28,823 nucleotides of DNA from Candidatus Micrarchaeota archaeon (GCA_043803585.1 JAZDJV010000088.1:1-28823), one strand, 5' to 3'. Numbered from the stretch's first letter, positions 17,356 through 25,856 are shown. Notes: a model not told the origin generated them from the letters alone. Numbers and translations: made by a program.

Positions 17356-18135
17356 ATGGTAAGAAAAGAAAACCGCACAAGAATGCAGCGTTTCAGAGAC
17401 TGGCGCATAAGAGCGGATGATGAAGTAAGCAGAAGGGACGCCGAAAACATTGATTATCTCGCCGGCCAGGTCAAAGATTATGTCAGCAAGGGCGCCGTGA
17501 TTCTCGGAGTTGACAACAGCGCCCGCATGACTGTTTTCGGCCTCAAGGAGGCACTGAAATTGAGGGGAGTGAACTCCGGCAGGCAGCATTTCATAAATTA
17601 CAGCAGATATAAGCTGGGAGCCGAAGGCAGAATCCTAGCAAAGCCTGTTGAAACAGGAGAGCACATTGGCCACCTTGTGAAAAGGCTGAAAAAAGATTAC
17701 AAAGACATTCTGGGAAACAAACCGAAAATTCTGGTTGTTGACTCGCTTGCTTACGGCGGGGGCTCGATTTCAAACGTAAAAAAGGCCCTGGAAATCGCCT
17801 TTCCAAAAGCGCAGATTAAAACAGCTGTCCTTGAAATCGCCGGAAACGCGGAGAACAGGGCGGCGGTGGATTTTGCGGCCGCTAAGACAAAATCAATAAT
17901 GGATTTTGGAAAATTGTCGGCGCCCATCACAGACAAAGTGGTGGAATACAGAAAAAACGGGGAAAAGCGCTATTATACAGTCACTGAAAAAATGCCCCAA
18001 AATTATTCGTTTATGAAGGGAATCCCTGGATACGCTTTCAGCAGGGAAGAATACTCAAGAAAAAGGAAAAACCTGCTTGCGGGGCTCAGATGGCTGCACT
18101 CTGCGCGAAAAGGGACTCAATATCGGCACCTGTGA
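17356..18135 (+). CDS. Hypothetical basic protein with a degenerate type I phosphoribosyltransferase-like fold
   Basis: VILGVDNSAR and ILVVDSLAYGGGSISNVKKAL...IKTAVL mimic the PRTase core. Start set at ATG 17356, downstream of a TATA-like box at 17324. The 3' end overlaps ksgA by 50 nt (convergent). Confidence 0.6.
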   Translation: MVRKENRTRMQRFRDWRIRADDEVSRRDAENIDYLAGQVKDYVSKGAVILGVDNSARMTVFGLKEALKLRGVNSGRQHFINYSRYKLGAEGRILAKPVETGEHIGHLVKRLKKDYKDILGNKPKILVVDSLAYGGGSISNVKKALEIAFPKAQIKTAVLEIAGNAENRAAVDFAAAKTKSIMDFGKLSAPITDKVVEYRKNGEKRYYTVTEKMPQNYSFMKGIPGYAFSREEYSRKRKNLLAGLRWLHSARKGTQYRHL

Positions 18136-18862
18136 GCGAGTCAACCTTTCTCTCGTCGCTGATTTCCTTCCCGAAAGCAAGCTTGTACGCGTTTCTGACT
18201 GACTTGTTCTTGTACCTGAAAATCTCGCGGACAAAATCGTCGAACCTTTTGTCCTGCGCCACGCCCGTCTTCTTTTTCAAAACCACGATGCAGGAGTCCA
18301 TTTTCGGCTGCGGGTAGAAATTTACCCTGTTCAGCACTTCCTTCATCTCAATGTCGAAATAATGCTGGACCATCACGCTCAGTCTGCCGTACTCCTTTGT
18401 GCCCGGCTTTGAAAGCATTTTCTCGCCGAACTCCTTCTGGAAAAACAGCACTGCGCAGCTGAAATCGTGCCTCAGCAATTTGAACAGGATGGGCGCGGAC
18501 GCCGAATAGGGGATGTTCGAGACTATTTTGTTGAATCCCGAAATATCAGTGAAAAGAAAATCATTGAATACAAACTCCACGTTCGGATAAGCAGAGAATT
18601 CGCCTGTTAGCACTGGCTTAAGCTTCACGTCCTTCTCGACTGCTATCACTTTTTGGCAGGTCTTTGCGAGCATTTCAGTGATAAAGCCCAGTCCTGGCCC
18701 GATTTCAAGAACAGTGTCCTTGTCGTTCAGCTCGGCGTATCTTCCGAGCCGCTCGATTGCGGCGCTGTTCACCAGAAAGTACTGGTCAAGCATCGGGCTT
18801 GCCCTGAATTTGTATTTTTTATACAGCTCGCTGACCTTGTTTTTCAGCTCGTTGCTAGCGAT
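18086..18862 (-). CDS. rsmA: 16S rRNA m6,2A dimethyltransferase (KsgA/RsmA/Dim1)
   Basis: DQYFLV, VLEIGPGLG, IAVEKD, KIVSNIPYS, FQKEF, YGRLSV and FYPQPKMDS. First ATG is at 18793, but the open, family-like frame extends to an ATC at 18862 (see findings), so the start is uncertain. Confidence 0.93.
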   Translation of the reverse strand: MASNELKNKVSELYKKYKFRASPMLDQYFLVNSAAIERLGRYAELNDKDTVLEIGPGLGFITEMLAKTCQKVIAVEKDVKLKPVLTGEFSAYPNVEFVFNDFLFTDISGFNKIVSNIPYSASAPILFKLLRHDFSCAVLFFQKEFGEKMLSKPGTKEYGRLSVMVQHYFDIEMKEVLNRVNFYPQPKMDSCIVVLKKKTGVAQDKRFDDFVREIFRYKNKSVRNAYKLAFGKEISDERKVDSLTGADIESLFAQSAAI

Positions 18863-19433
18863 ATCTACCGCCTCGTTTTGTCACTGCGTTTTTCGGCAGC
18901 GACTTGATAAATAAGTAGTGCTTTTCGTAGCCCTGAAGCTCCTCGATTATTCTCTCGACTATGACCCTCTTCGGGTCTGGCATGAGCTTCACCCTGTCTG
19001 CGATGTCTTTGTAGCTTTCAAAAGGCTTTTTCTCCCTCTCGTTGATTATGTCCCACATGTGCTTTTTGCCAATGTTGGGAATCAGCTCAAGCGTGTGCTG
19101 CCTGACTGTGACTGATCCGGCTTTGTTGAAGAAATTCACGAATTCAGCCTCTCTTTCAGCCACAATGACGTCAAGAATATCCTTCAGCTCGTTTCGCGCA
19201 GTCGCTGTCAGGGTCCTGTATTCGAGTTTGCCCTTGATGAACTGCACCTGCTCTCTTTTCTCGGCGCCTATGTAAATTTTGTCCCCCAGGTTGATTGAAA
19301 TGCCCGGCCTTGCCACAAGTTCAAGAAGCGAAAAGTATTTCTCGCCCAAAGCTTGCACTACCGGCTCCTTTTTGAAGGAGCTTGCATAGCCGTTTGGCAA
19401 GTAATCAAGCACTATTGCGTAATCTTCTCTCAA
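18855..19433 (-). CDS. DUF655 (COG1491) predicted RNA-binding protein
   Basis: EDYAIVLDYLP, QALGEKYFSLLE, HTLELIPNIGKK and PFESYKDI. TTG start at 19433 after SD GGAG/AGGA. Conserved position between rpo4 and ksgA. Confidence 0.93.
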   Translation of the reverse strand: MREDYAIVLDYLPNGYASSFKKEPVVQALGEKYFSLLELVARPGISINLGDKIYIGAEKREQVQFIKGKLEYRTLTATARNELKDILDVIVAEREAEFVNFFNKAGSVTVRQHTLELIPNIGKKHMWDIINEREKKPFESYKDIADRVKLMPDPKRVIVERIIEELQGYEKHYLFIKSLPKNAVTKRGGRYR

Positions 19434-19440
19434 GAAAATC

Positions 19441-19773
19441 CTACTCCAGCCCGGCAACTATGTCAATTATTTTCTTTGCTGCGGCTTCGTCTATTGTGGT
19501 CCGACTCTTTTCAAGTATAAGCATGATCTGTTCAAGGACTGTCGGCCTGGCATTGACGATGTTGACTGCCAGCGCAATGCCAACCCCGAGCTCCATGATG
19601 CTTTTGACTGCCGCGTCGCACTTTGCTTTCCCGCCTTTGCCGAATTCCTTCACGTATTCGTAAGCAGCATTCTGCTCGTAAGTCAGCTCTCCGTCCTTCT
19701 TTCTGTCCTGGATTATCTCTTTGACTTCTGAAAGCGTGATCGGCTTTTCAGATATCAGCTGTTTTCCTATCAT
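19441..19773 (-). CDS. rpo4: DNA-directed RNA polymerase subunit F (Rpo4)
   Basis: MIGKQLISEKPITLSEVKEII, ELTYEQ..AYEY..F. ATG at 19773 after SD AGGTGA. Follows rpl21e. Confidence 0.92.
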   Translation of the reverse strand: MIGKQLISEKPITLSEVKEIIQDRKKDGELTYEQNAAYEYVKEFGKGGKAKCDAAVKSIMELGVGIALAVNIVNARPTVLEQIMLILEKSRTTIDEAAAKKIIDIVAGLE

Positions 19774-19787
19774 ATCTTCACCTGTTA

Positions 19788-20078
19788 TTATGATGTCAAA
19801 TGCACGGGATGGATTATAATCTCTTTGCAAGCATTCATGTCCTTGATTTTAACCTTGTAGCATTTGCCCTGCATTCCGGTCACGACGCCGGTTTTCCCAT
19901 TGAATCTTCTGTGCGGCATCGCGCTGTGAATGGACGAGTTTATGCATATATACACTGTCTGCCCCTTGGAAAACTTCTTGAGCATCTTGTTGACAGAAGG
20001 CTTTCCCCTGTCCCTCATGTTCTTTTTCGTTTTGTATCTTGATTTGCTCCTTAATCCCTTGTGCTTACAATGTACCAT
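19788..20078 (-). CDS. rpl21e: 50S ribosomal protein L21e
   Basis: KG.RSKSR, F..GQ.V.I.IN.S.H..MPH.RF.GKTG.V and IHPVHL. Confidence 0.96.
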   Translation of the reverse strand: MVHCKHKGLRSKSRYKTKKNMRDRGKPSVNKMLKKFSKGQTVYICINSSIHSAMPHRRFNGKTGVVTGMQGKCYKVKIKDMNACKEIIIHPVHLTS

Positions 20079-20237
20079 AGCCGTCTGTCTCCGTTATTGT
20101 GCGCACTGCACAACAGTTGCTGGCTATATTGTGAGATACGTGGTTTATAAATGAAATAGATTATTGCGGACAAAAGAGCCGGAAGGCTGTTTCATCCAGA
20201 AGTTTTTTATATTGTAACCATCAGAAAGTTACGACAA

Positions 20238-20546
20238 GTGATTTTGATGGACGACAACAGTTTTCTTGAAACAGCGCTTATAATTATTCTGGCCCTGTTC
20301 TTTTTCAGGATGGTGATGCCAGGCTCTGAAACTGGGGGAATCATCATGATTTTCGCGGCCATAGCAGGCGCCCTGCTTGTCATCTACGGCGTTTTCGAGT
20401 TCTTCATAAACCAGTCTTCAAGGCACATTGCAATGGGCGCGGCAATCTGCATCGCCCTGATTGTGCTTTTCAACGGAACCGGGCTTGTCACAGAAGTGTT
20501 CAGCGGAATATTCAGGGCAGCGGCGAACGCGTTTGCCGCGGCTTGA
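20238..20546 (+). CDS. Small integral membrane protein (about 3 TM helices), unknown function
   Basis: Three hydrophobic stretches, core-like codon usage, and a TATA-like TTTTTATAT about 30 nt upstream. The start may be ATG 20247. Confidence 0.7.
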   Translation: MILMDDNSFLETALIIILALFFFRMVMPGSETGGIIMIFAAIAGALLVIYGVFEFFINQSSRHIAMGAAICIALIVLFNGTGLVTEVFSGIFRAAANAFAAA

Positions 20547-20605
20547 ATAAGCGCTTCAGCGCAATGTTCAGCATCTTTTTTAAGCTTTGAACGAGCAACC
20601 TTAGC

Positions 20606-21379
20606 ATGGCGGAAAAGCTGGTCAAAAGAAACGTTCTTTTTGTATATGGCACTGGTTATGAGGGGCGGTATGCCGATGGAAAAGAATTCAATAAAGAAAC
20701 TGGCTTTCCAAAAAACAAAAAAGATTTTGAAAATCAGAAAGAAATCCTTGAAAAGGCCGGTTACCCCAAGGAATTCATAAATTCAATGAAGCACCCGGTT
20801 GAACTACATTATGATTCAATCGCCCGCACCATAAAAACCGCCCAGGAAAAAGGAATAATCGTTATAATTCAGTCTAAGTCCACTCCTTTTTACAGAAGAC
20901 TGCGCAGAGGAAAGGGCGTTTTTGCAGGCATTGACCCTAAAAAAATCAGAAGTCTTGACGAAATAAGGACTTATTCAGATTTAAGAAAAAGGGGCGTTGA
21001 AATCGGGGATGTTTTTCATGCCGGGCACTGGAGGGATGTCTGTGTAAGCGGGATGATAAAATTTACCAGAGATTATAACATCCTTGTTAAAAAGGATCAT
21101 AACAAGCCGGTATATTATTTTACTGCGCCAGGAACAATCGCGCGCCCCGGCGGTGCGGGATCATTAAGCGCAATGAATAAGGAACTTAAGACCGGCAGGA
21201 GTGCCTGGGATATTACGTCATGGTTTGAGAAAGAAAAAGCAGAGAAAACAAAATTCTTAGCTCTTGATTTGAATCTCTTCAAAAAATTCGGCGAAAAGGG
21301 CTGGCAAAAGAAAGTTGAAAGAGTGAATGAAGCACATCTTAGCTGGCTGAAAAAACACCAGCGCAGACGTCGCGCCTAA
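20606..21379 (+). CDS. Hypothetical basic protein, possibly a divergent isochorismatase/nicotinamidase-like cysteine hydrolase fold
   Basis: DLRKRGV...V..AGHWRDVCV...Y.ILVKKD resembles the cysteine hydrolase L..rGi..vvv.G..tdvCV...gy.v.v..D segment. AT-rich (20/60 GC at line 20701), with its own TATA-like box at 20577. Confidence 0.6.
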   Translation: MAEKLVKRNVLFVYGTGYEGRYADGKEFNKETGFPKNKKDFENQKEILEKAGYPKEFINSMKHPVELHYDSIARTIKTAQEKGIIVIIQSKSTPFYRRLRRGKGVFAGIDPKKIRSLDEIRTYSDLRKRGVEIGDVFHAGHWRDVCVSGMIKFTRDYNILVKKDHNKPVYYFTAPGTIARPGGAGSLSAMNKELKTGRSAWDITSWFEKEKAEKTKFLALDLNLFKKFGEKGWQKKVERVNEAHLSWLKKHQRRRRA

Positions 21380-21383
21380 AGAA

Positions 21384-21776
21384 TTATTTCGCCCTCATTA
21401 TCATTCTTTTGTCCATCACGTTCTGGACTTCGAGCTCCGCGCCCGACTGGAGGTCTTTGTATTCGTTCTCAACGCTGATTTCGTATGTCTCGAACGAAGC
21501 CAGGTCCATGAGCTGGAGCCTGTTCCCGCCGAGGTTGGCTATCACCTGCGCGGTTTCCTTTTTCATGACAGGAACTTCGCAGTCAGTGTCAACTCCGCCG
21601 AGCAGGGTTTTCTTGTTCCCCGTGAAAAGCGAGACGCCCTCAACGCGGGCCTTTGCAGCCCCGTGCTTGCCGGGCTTTGATTTTTGGATTGACACGATCC
21701 TGCACGGCTCGCCGTCAATCACAGCGCATTTTCCTTCCTTCAAGTCCTTTATTTTTGCCCTTTCCGTTTCCCCCAT
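21384..21776 (-). CDS. eif5a: Translation initiation/elongation factor 5A (aIF-5A)
   Basis: Hypusine motif SKPGKHGAAKAR, IDGEPC and QLMDL..FET. Confidence 0.97.
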   Translation of the reverse strand: MGETERAKIKDLKEGKCAVIDGEPCRIVSIQKSKPGKHGAAKARVEGVSLFTGNKKTLLGGVDTDCEVPVMKKETAQVIANLGGNRLQLMDLASFETYEISVENEYKDLQSGAELEVQNVMDKRMIMRAK

Positions 21777-22788
21777 CTATATCTGCTCCTTTTCCCAGTT
21801 TAAGGCCGAGATAGGACGTTGCGCCCAATCCCAGAATCGTAAGCAGCCAGAATGAAAACAGCCTGTCAATGATTGTAGCCATTCCTGCCGCGACTAGTGT
21901 AATGCCAGAACTATTATAAATGATTATCATCACCGGCTCCATAATTCCGAGCCCGCCCGGCAGCAGAGGGAGTGTGCCTGCCAGCAGCGAAATTATCAGC
22001 ACGACAAGAATTGTGGACGGATCAACCGCAAAACCCAGCGCAAGGAAAATGAAATAAATCCTCGCGACGTCGCAGAGCCAAATAAGCAGCGAGAATAGGG
22101 CGCCCTTCAGCCAGAGCGATTTTCTGCGCAGAAGCTTCGCCATGTTCTCAGAATATTCAACCATGTCGCGCAGTATTTTGTCCTTTGTTTTCTCAGACTT
22201 CACTGCAAAAGAGAACTTGCGCAGGAACCAGCGCATCATTCTTCTGCCTGCATCGGGCTTTATCGAGATGTAAATCGCGAGAATCATCAGCGAAAGAATC
22301 ATCAGCAGCGACAAGAACACGAGACCGAGGGCCCATACGGGCACGGCCATCTGCTTCACTGCAATGCCTATTGCAATTATTGAAATCAGGCAGAAAATAG
22401 CGGCATCAAACACCTTTTCAGTCACAATTGTCGCAAGCGAAGACCTTGTGTGCACTTTCGCATGCTTGTTTATGAAATAAGCCCTTATCGGCTCCCCGCC
22501 GAATCTGGCAGAGGGCGTCAGATTGCTGAATGCTATGCCAGACAATGAAATTAGGAACAGTTTTAGGCCCGAAATCTTAATTCCGGCGTCATTGACAACG
22601 ACGCGCCACCGCAGATTCGTGGCAATTACTGAAAGCATCGTAAAGCCAAGCGCTATTCCCATATACAGATAATTTGTCTGCTTCAAAACCTGCCAGATGT
22701 TTTCAAGGCCCACGCCGAGCATTACTGCAAATGAAATTGCAAAGCCGGCTATGACAGCTATCAGCAGGTACTTGAATGTTTTCTGCAT
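21715..22788 (-). CDS. Flippase-like / lysylphosphatidylglycerol synthase TM-domain protein (UPF0104, AglD2-like)
   Basis: Polytopic membrane protein with RW, NLTPSARFGGEP.R, EK.FD, LPGGLG..E and DRL.SFW. Start moved from 22869 to ATG 22788. Confidence 0.9.
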   Translation of the reverse strand: MQKTFKYLLIAVIAGFAISFAVMLGVGLENIWQVLKQTNYLYMGIALGFTMLSVIATNLRWRVVVNDAGIKISGLKLFLISLSGIAFSNLTPSARFGGEPIRAYFINKHAKVHTRSSLATIVTEKVFDAAIFCLISIIAIGIAVKQMAVPVWALGLVFLSLLMILSLMILAIYISIKPDAGRRMMRWFLRKFSFAVKSEKTKDKILRDMVEYSENMAKLLRRKSLWLKGALFSLLIWLCDVARIYFIFLALGFAVDPSTILVVLIISLLAGTLPLLPGGLGIMEPVMIIIYNSSGITLVAAGMATIIDRLFSFWLLTILGLGATSYLGLKLGKGADIDGGNGKGKNKGLEGRKMRCD

Positions 22789-22807
22789 GCATGGATTAAG
22801 AAACAGG

Positions 22808-22817
22808 TATTTAAATA
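22808..22817. promoter_or_regulatory. Palindromic bidirectional TATA box
   Basis: Perfect palindrome TATTTAAATA in a 48-bp divergent gap. TTTAAATA begins 27 nt from each ATG (22788 and 22837). Confidence 0.55.
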
Positions 22818-22836
22818 TCAAGCGCGTAAGCAGGTT

Positions 22837-24582
22837 ATGAAATTTACCAGCACGGGCGCTTCCGCGCATTATTCAGTTCTGGCTTCTGCGGTGGTCTTCA
22901 TTTTCGCAGCGGCAGTCATGACGCAGGTTGGCGCAGCTTACAGCGTGACTGTATTCAACAGCTCGGCAACAGCAGTCAACTTTACGTTCACAACAGCTTC
23001 AAGCAACGCCACGCTTGGCGTTGTCCTGCCGAAGAACGCGACGATTTCGTCGTCGACGGTGATGGTGACGGGATATAATTCGTCTTGGAACAGCTCGGCG
23101 AATGCGACGATGACGGGTGGATCAATAGAGCGTCTTGGTTGGCCAGCGGCTTCTGCGGGAGACGTAAATAATGATGGATATAGCGATGTGATTGTCGGCG
23201 CTTATTATTACTCAAGCAATAAAGGGAAAGCGTATGTATACTACGGATCTTCTACAGGGATAAATAATGCCTCTGCTAATGTGACTATGATCGGAGAAGC
23301 AGCAAACGATTATTTTGGAGTTTCTACAAAATCTCTAGGAGATGTAGATAATGACGGATATAGTGATGTAATTGTTGGTGCTTATGGGTTTTCAAGTTAC
23401 AAAGGAAAAACTTATTTTTATTCCACAAAACCTGTCTCAGTCGCCAACTCCACTCTGCTTGTCAGCAACACTGAGAGTTGGGGCGCAACAAGCTATTCTG
23501 GGAGCACAGCGCTCACCAATCTCACTTCTTCATTCCACGGAAACCTGTCTGCCTGCACCCAGGACGACAGCGCGAACTGCACAGTGGCCCTGAATGTCAC
23601 AGGCCAGACAGGCACAGTCCAGTTGAGCGCCCTGAACATCACTTACGGCACTCAACCAGCTGGCATGAACACGACTTATTATCATTACAACACGACTGAA
23701 CGCGCTAATTTGTCTGCGAGCGTGCAGACAAATGATACCACGCTGTACATCTGGAACGCCACAAGCTCTCGCGCGATTATGATGGTGAACACCACGTTCG
23801 CCTCCCAGCCGAACTACACTGGCTGGGTTGGGCAGGAAGGCGTGAATTCAACTGACAGCAGGGCTTATGTGATCACAAGCACCCTACTTGCTGATGCGCA
23901 GAACACTTCGCAGAAGGTTCTGCTTCTGAGAGCGAGCAACACTTCATTCACAAGCGTGTGCAAGATTGATTCAGCTGTTTCTGCGGCCACGCTTATGGCG
24001 ATTGTGAACCAAACTCAGTGCACTACAGCAGGAGGCACTGCCTCAACTGCTGACACTGTTGAGATTGCAGGCGCGACTTACTTTATGATAACTGGAATGA
24101 CCAGCTCAGGCGCAGTGCAGATAAACAACACCAATGGAAACGCTCCGATTATTACGGGCGTGAGCGCATCGCCTACCACAGGAAACGTGGAAACAAATTT
24201 CGCTTTTTCCGCCACGGTCGTGGATCCTGACAATGACGCTATGAGTTATGTCAGAGTGTATCTGAACGGAAATCAGTGGACATTGGGCGAGACAGACCCG
24301 ACAGATACAACTACAAGCGACGGAAAATCTTATTCAGCTGTCACACAGCTGCAGACAGGAAGCTATTCATATTACTTCAAGGCGTCTGACGGAACGAACA
24401 CGGCGACGACCACGACTTACACAGGGCTGCTCGTGACCGGCAGGCCGACGCAGATTGTCGTGAACACCTCTGAGTTCGACGTTACTGAACTTGTGATCAT
24501 GTTCGCGCTTGCAGTAGTTATTTTGATAGTCTTTAAAAACAAAAGAATCCGCACTAAAAAGACGTCCCAGAAAAAGAAGTAA
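22837..24582 (+). CDS. Secreted, C-terminally anchored surface glycoprotein with two FG-GAP repeats and an Ig-like C-terminal module
   Basis: Signal peptide, many N-x-S/T sequons, two GDV(N/D)NDGYSDVIVGAY repeats, APIIT...DPDND...Y.YYF.ASDG, and TM helix LVIMFALAVVILIVF followed by a basic tail. Confidence 0.85.
   Translation: MKFTSTGASAHYSVLASAVVFIFAAAVMTQVGAAYSVTVFNSSATAVNFTFTTASSNATLGVVLPKNATISSSTVMVTGYNSSWNSSANATMTGGSIERLGWPAASAGDVNNDGYSDVIVGAYYYSSNKGKAYVYYGSSTGINNASANVTMIGEAANDYFGVSTKSLGDVDNDGYSDVIVGAYGFSSYKGKTYFYSTKPVSVANSTLLVSNTESWGATSYSGSTALTNLTSSFHGNLSACTQDDSANCTVALNVTGQTGTVQLSALNITYGTQPAGMNTTYYHYNTTERANLSASVQTNDTTLYIWNATSSRAIMMVNTTFASQPNYTGWVGQEGVNSTDSRAYVITSTLLADAQNTSQKVLLLRASNTSFTSVCKIDSAVSAATLMAIVNQTQCTTAGGTASTADTVEIAGATYFMITGMTSSGAVQINNTNGNAPIITGVSASPTTGNVETNFAFSATVVDPDNDAMSYVRVYLNGNQWTLGETDPTDTTTSDGKSYSAVTQLQTGSYSYYFKASDGTNTATTTTYTGLLVTGRPTQIVVNTSEFDVTELVIMFALAVVILIVFKNKRIRTKKTSQKKK
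23158..23421 (+). repeat. Two FG-GAP / integrin-alpha-type Ca-binding repeats, 180-nt period
   Basis: GDVNNDGYSDVIVGAY..SSNKGKAYVY at 23158 and GDVDNDGYSDVIVGAY..SSYKGKTYFY at 23338. Confidence 0.9.
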
Positions 24583-24594
24583 GGGTGAATTATT

Positions 24595-25350
24595 TTGATT
24601 GACACCCACGCGCACATTGACGACAAACAGTTCAATCCCGACCGCGCGGAGGTTCTTGAAAGGGCGAAGCAGAGCGAAGTCAGAGCTGTGATAAATCCTG
24701 CGTCATCTTTTTCTTCAAATGAGCGGGCGCTTGAGCTTTCAAAACAGTACAAAGGTTATTTGTTTGCAATGGCAGGCCTGTTTCCCACGGCTTACCTGAA
24801 GGAGCCCGAGAAACTTCCGCTGGTCGAGCAGTTCATAGAAAAGCATAAAAAAGAAATCATTGCGATAGGCGAAGTCGGACTTGACTATTTCTGGTCAAAA
24901 ACCGGGCCTGAAAGAGAGAAACAGAAGGCGTGTTTTGCGCGCTTTATTGAAATCGCCAACGAAACAAATTTTCCGATTGTGATTCACGCGCGCGACTCGA
25001 TTGACGACTGCCTGCAGATGCTCGCCAAAGCTGGGCACACTGTCATAATGCACTGCTTCACCGGAAACAGGGAGCAGGCGAAGCAGTGCGTTGACCGCGG
25101 ATACTGGGTGACAATGGACACAAACTGCTGCTTTTCAAGCAAAAACAAAAGCTTAATTAAGCATGTTTCCTTAGATTACCTGCTGGCGGAAACCGATTCC
25201 CCCTACAACCATCCGGAGCGGAAAGGGAGGAACGAGCCGGCTAACATCAGGCAGCTTTATGAGCTGATTGCCAAAGAGCAGGGCGTCGAGTTCAGCGAGA
25301 TTGAAAGCCGGCTCGACAAAAATGCGGCAAAAGCGTTTAAATTGTGGTGA
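24595..25350 (+). CDS. tatD: TatD-family deoxyribonuclease
   Basis: IDTHAH, IGEVGLDY, VIHAR, MHCF and AETDSP. TTG start after SD GGTGA. Confidence 0.95.
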   Translation: MIDTHAHIDDKQFNPDRAEVLERAKQSEVRAVINPASSFSSNERALELSKQYKGYLFAMAGLFPTAYLKEPEKLPLVEQFIEKHKKEIIAIGEVGLDYFWSKTGPEREKQKACFARFIEIANETNFPIVIHARDSIDDCLQMLAKAGHTVIMHCFTGNREQAKQCVDRGYWVTMDTNCCFSSKNKSLIKHVSLDYLLAETDSPYNHPERKGRNEPANIRQLYELIAKEQGVEFSEIESRLDKNAAKAFKLW

Positions 25351-25847
25351 TATTTGTGTCAGTTTTGGGAAGGCTCAAAAAAGAGAAAAAATCAAAGAAA
25401 CGGATGGCTTTTTTTGTCGACGGCCCGAACATGCTCAGAAGGGAGTTTGACATCGACCTTGCGGTCGTCAAGAAGCAGCTTGAGCAGTTCGGAAACCTGT
25501 CAATCGCCAAGATATTTCTCAACCAGTTCGCGCCCGACAAACTTATTGAGGCCGTAATAAACCAGGGCTTCCAGCCCGTGATGGTCACATCAGACGACGT
25601 TGACGCTCCGATGGCCGCAGAGGCAATGGAAGCTGTTTTCAACAACAACATAGACATCATTGCCCTGATGACAAGGGATTCTGATTTTCAGACCGTGCTT
25701 ACAAAAGCGAAGAAATACGGCAAAGAGACGATTGTGGTCGGTTCAGAGCCGTTTGCAGTCGCCCTGAAGAACACGGCAGACCACGTCATAATAATAAAGA
25801 CGAAAAGATCTTCAAAAGAAAAAGGATTCACAGCGCCGGCAGTGTGA
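25344..25847 (+). CDS. NYN-domain protein (LabA/DUF88, archaeal TIGR00288-like)
   Basis: FVDGPNMLR, LNQFA.DKLIEAV.NQGF, DVDA.MA and TRDSDF..V...AK..GKET. Start uncertain (GTG 25344 or 25347, overlapping the tatD stop). Confidence 0.9.
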   Translation: MVIFVSVLGRLKKEKKSKKRMAFFVDGPNMLRREFDIDLAVVKKQLEQFGNLSIAKIFLNQFAPDKLIEAVINQGFQPVMVTSDDVDAPMAAEAMEAVFNNNIDIIALMTRDSDFQTVLTKAKKYGKETIVVGSEPFAVALKNTADHVIIIKTKRSSKEKGFTAPAV

Positions 25848-25856
25848 GGAATTAAA

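Noticed and set aside
20176-20190. AGCC-GGAA-GGCT tetraloop hairpin resembling SRP RNA helix 8
   Set aside because: Only a 4-bp stem, lacking the flanking SRP internal-loop motif and room for a full SRP RNA.
21715-21776. 62-nt same-strand overlap of the flippase-like gene and aIF-5A
   Set aside because: Best explained by stop-codon drift in a compact genome; the extra tail is low-information sequence.
23158-23421. FG-GAP repeat pair as a DGR template/variable repeat
   Set aside because: Differences are mostly synonymous, not adenine-specific, both copies are in the same ORF, and no reverse transcriptase is present.
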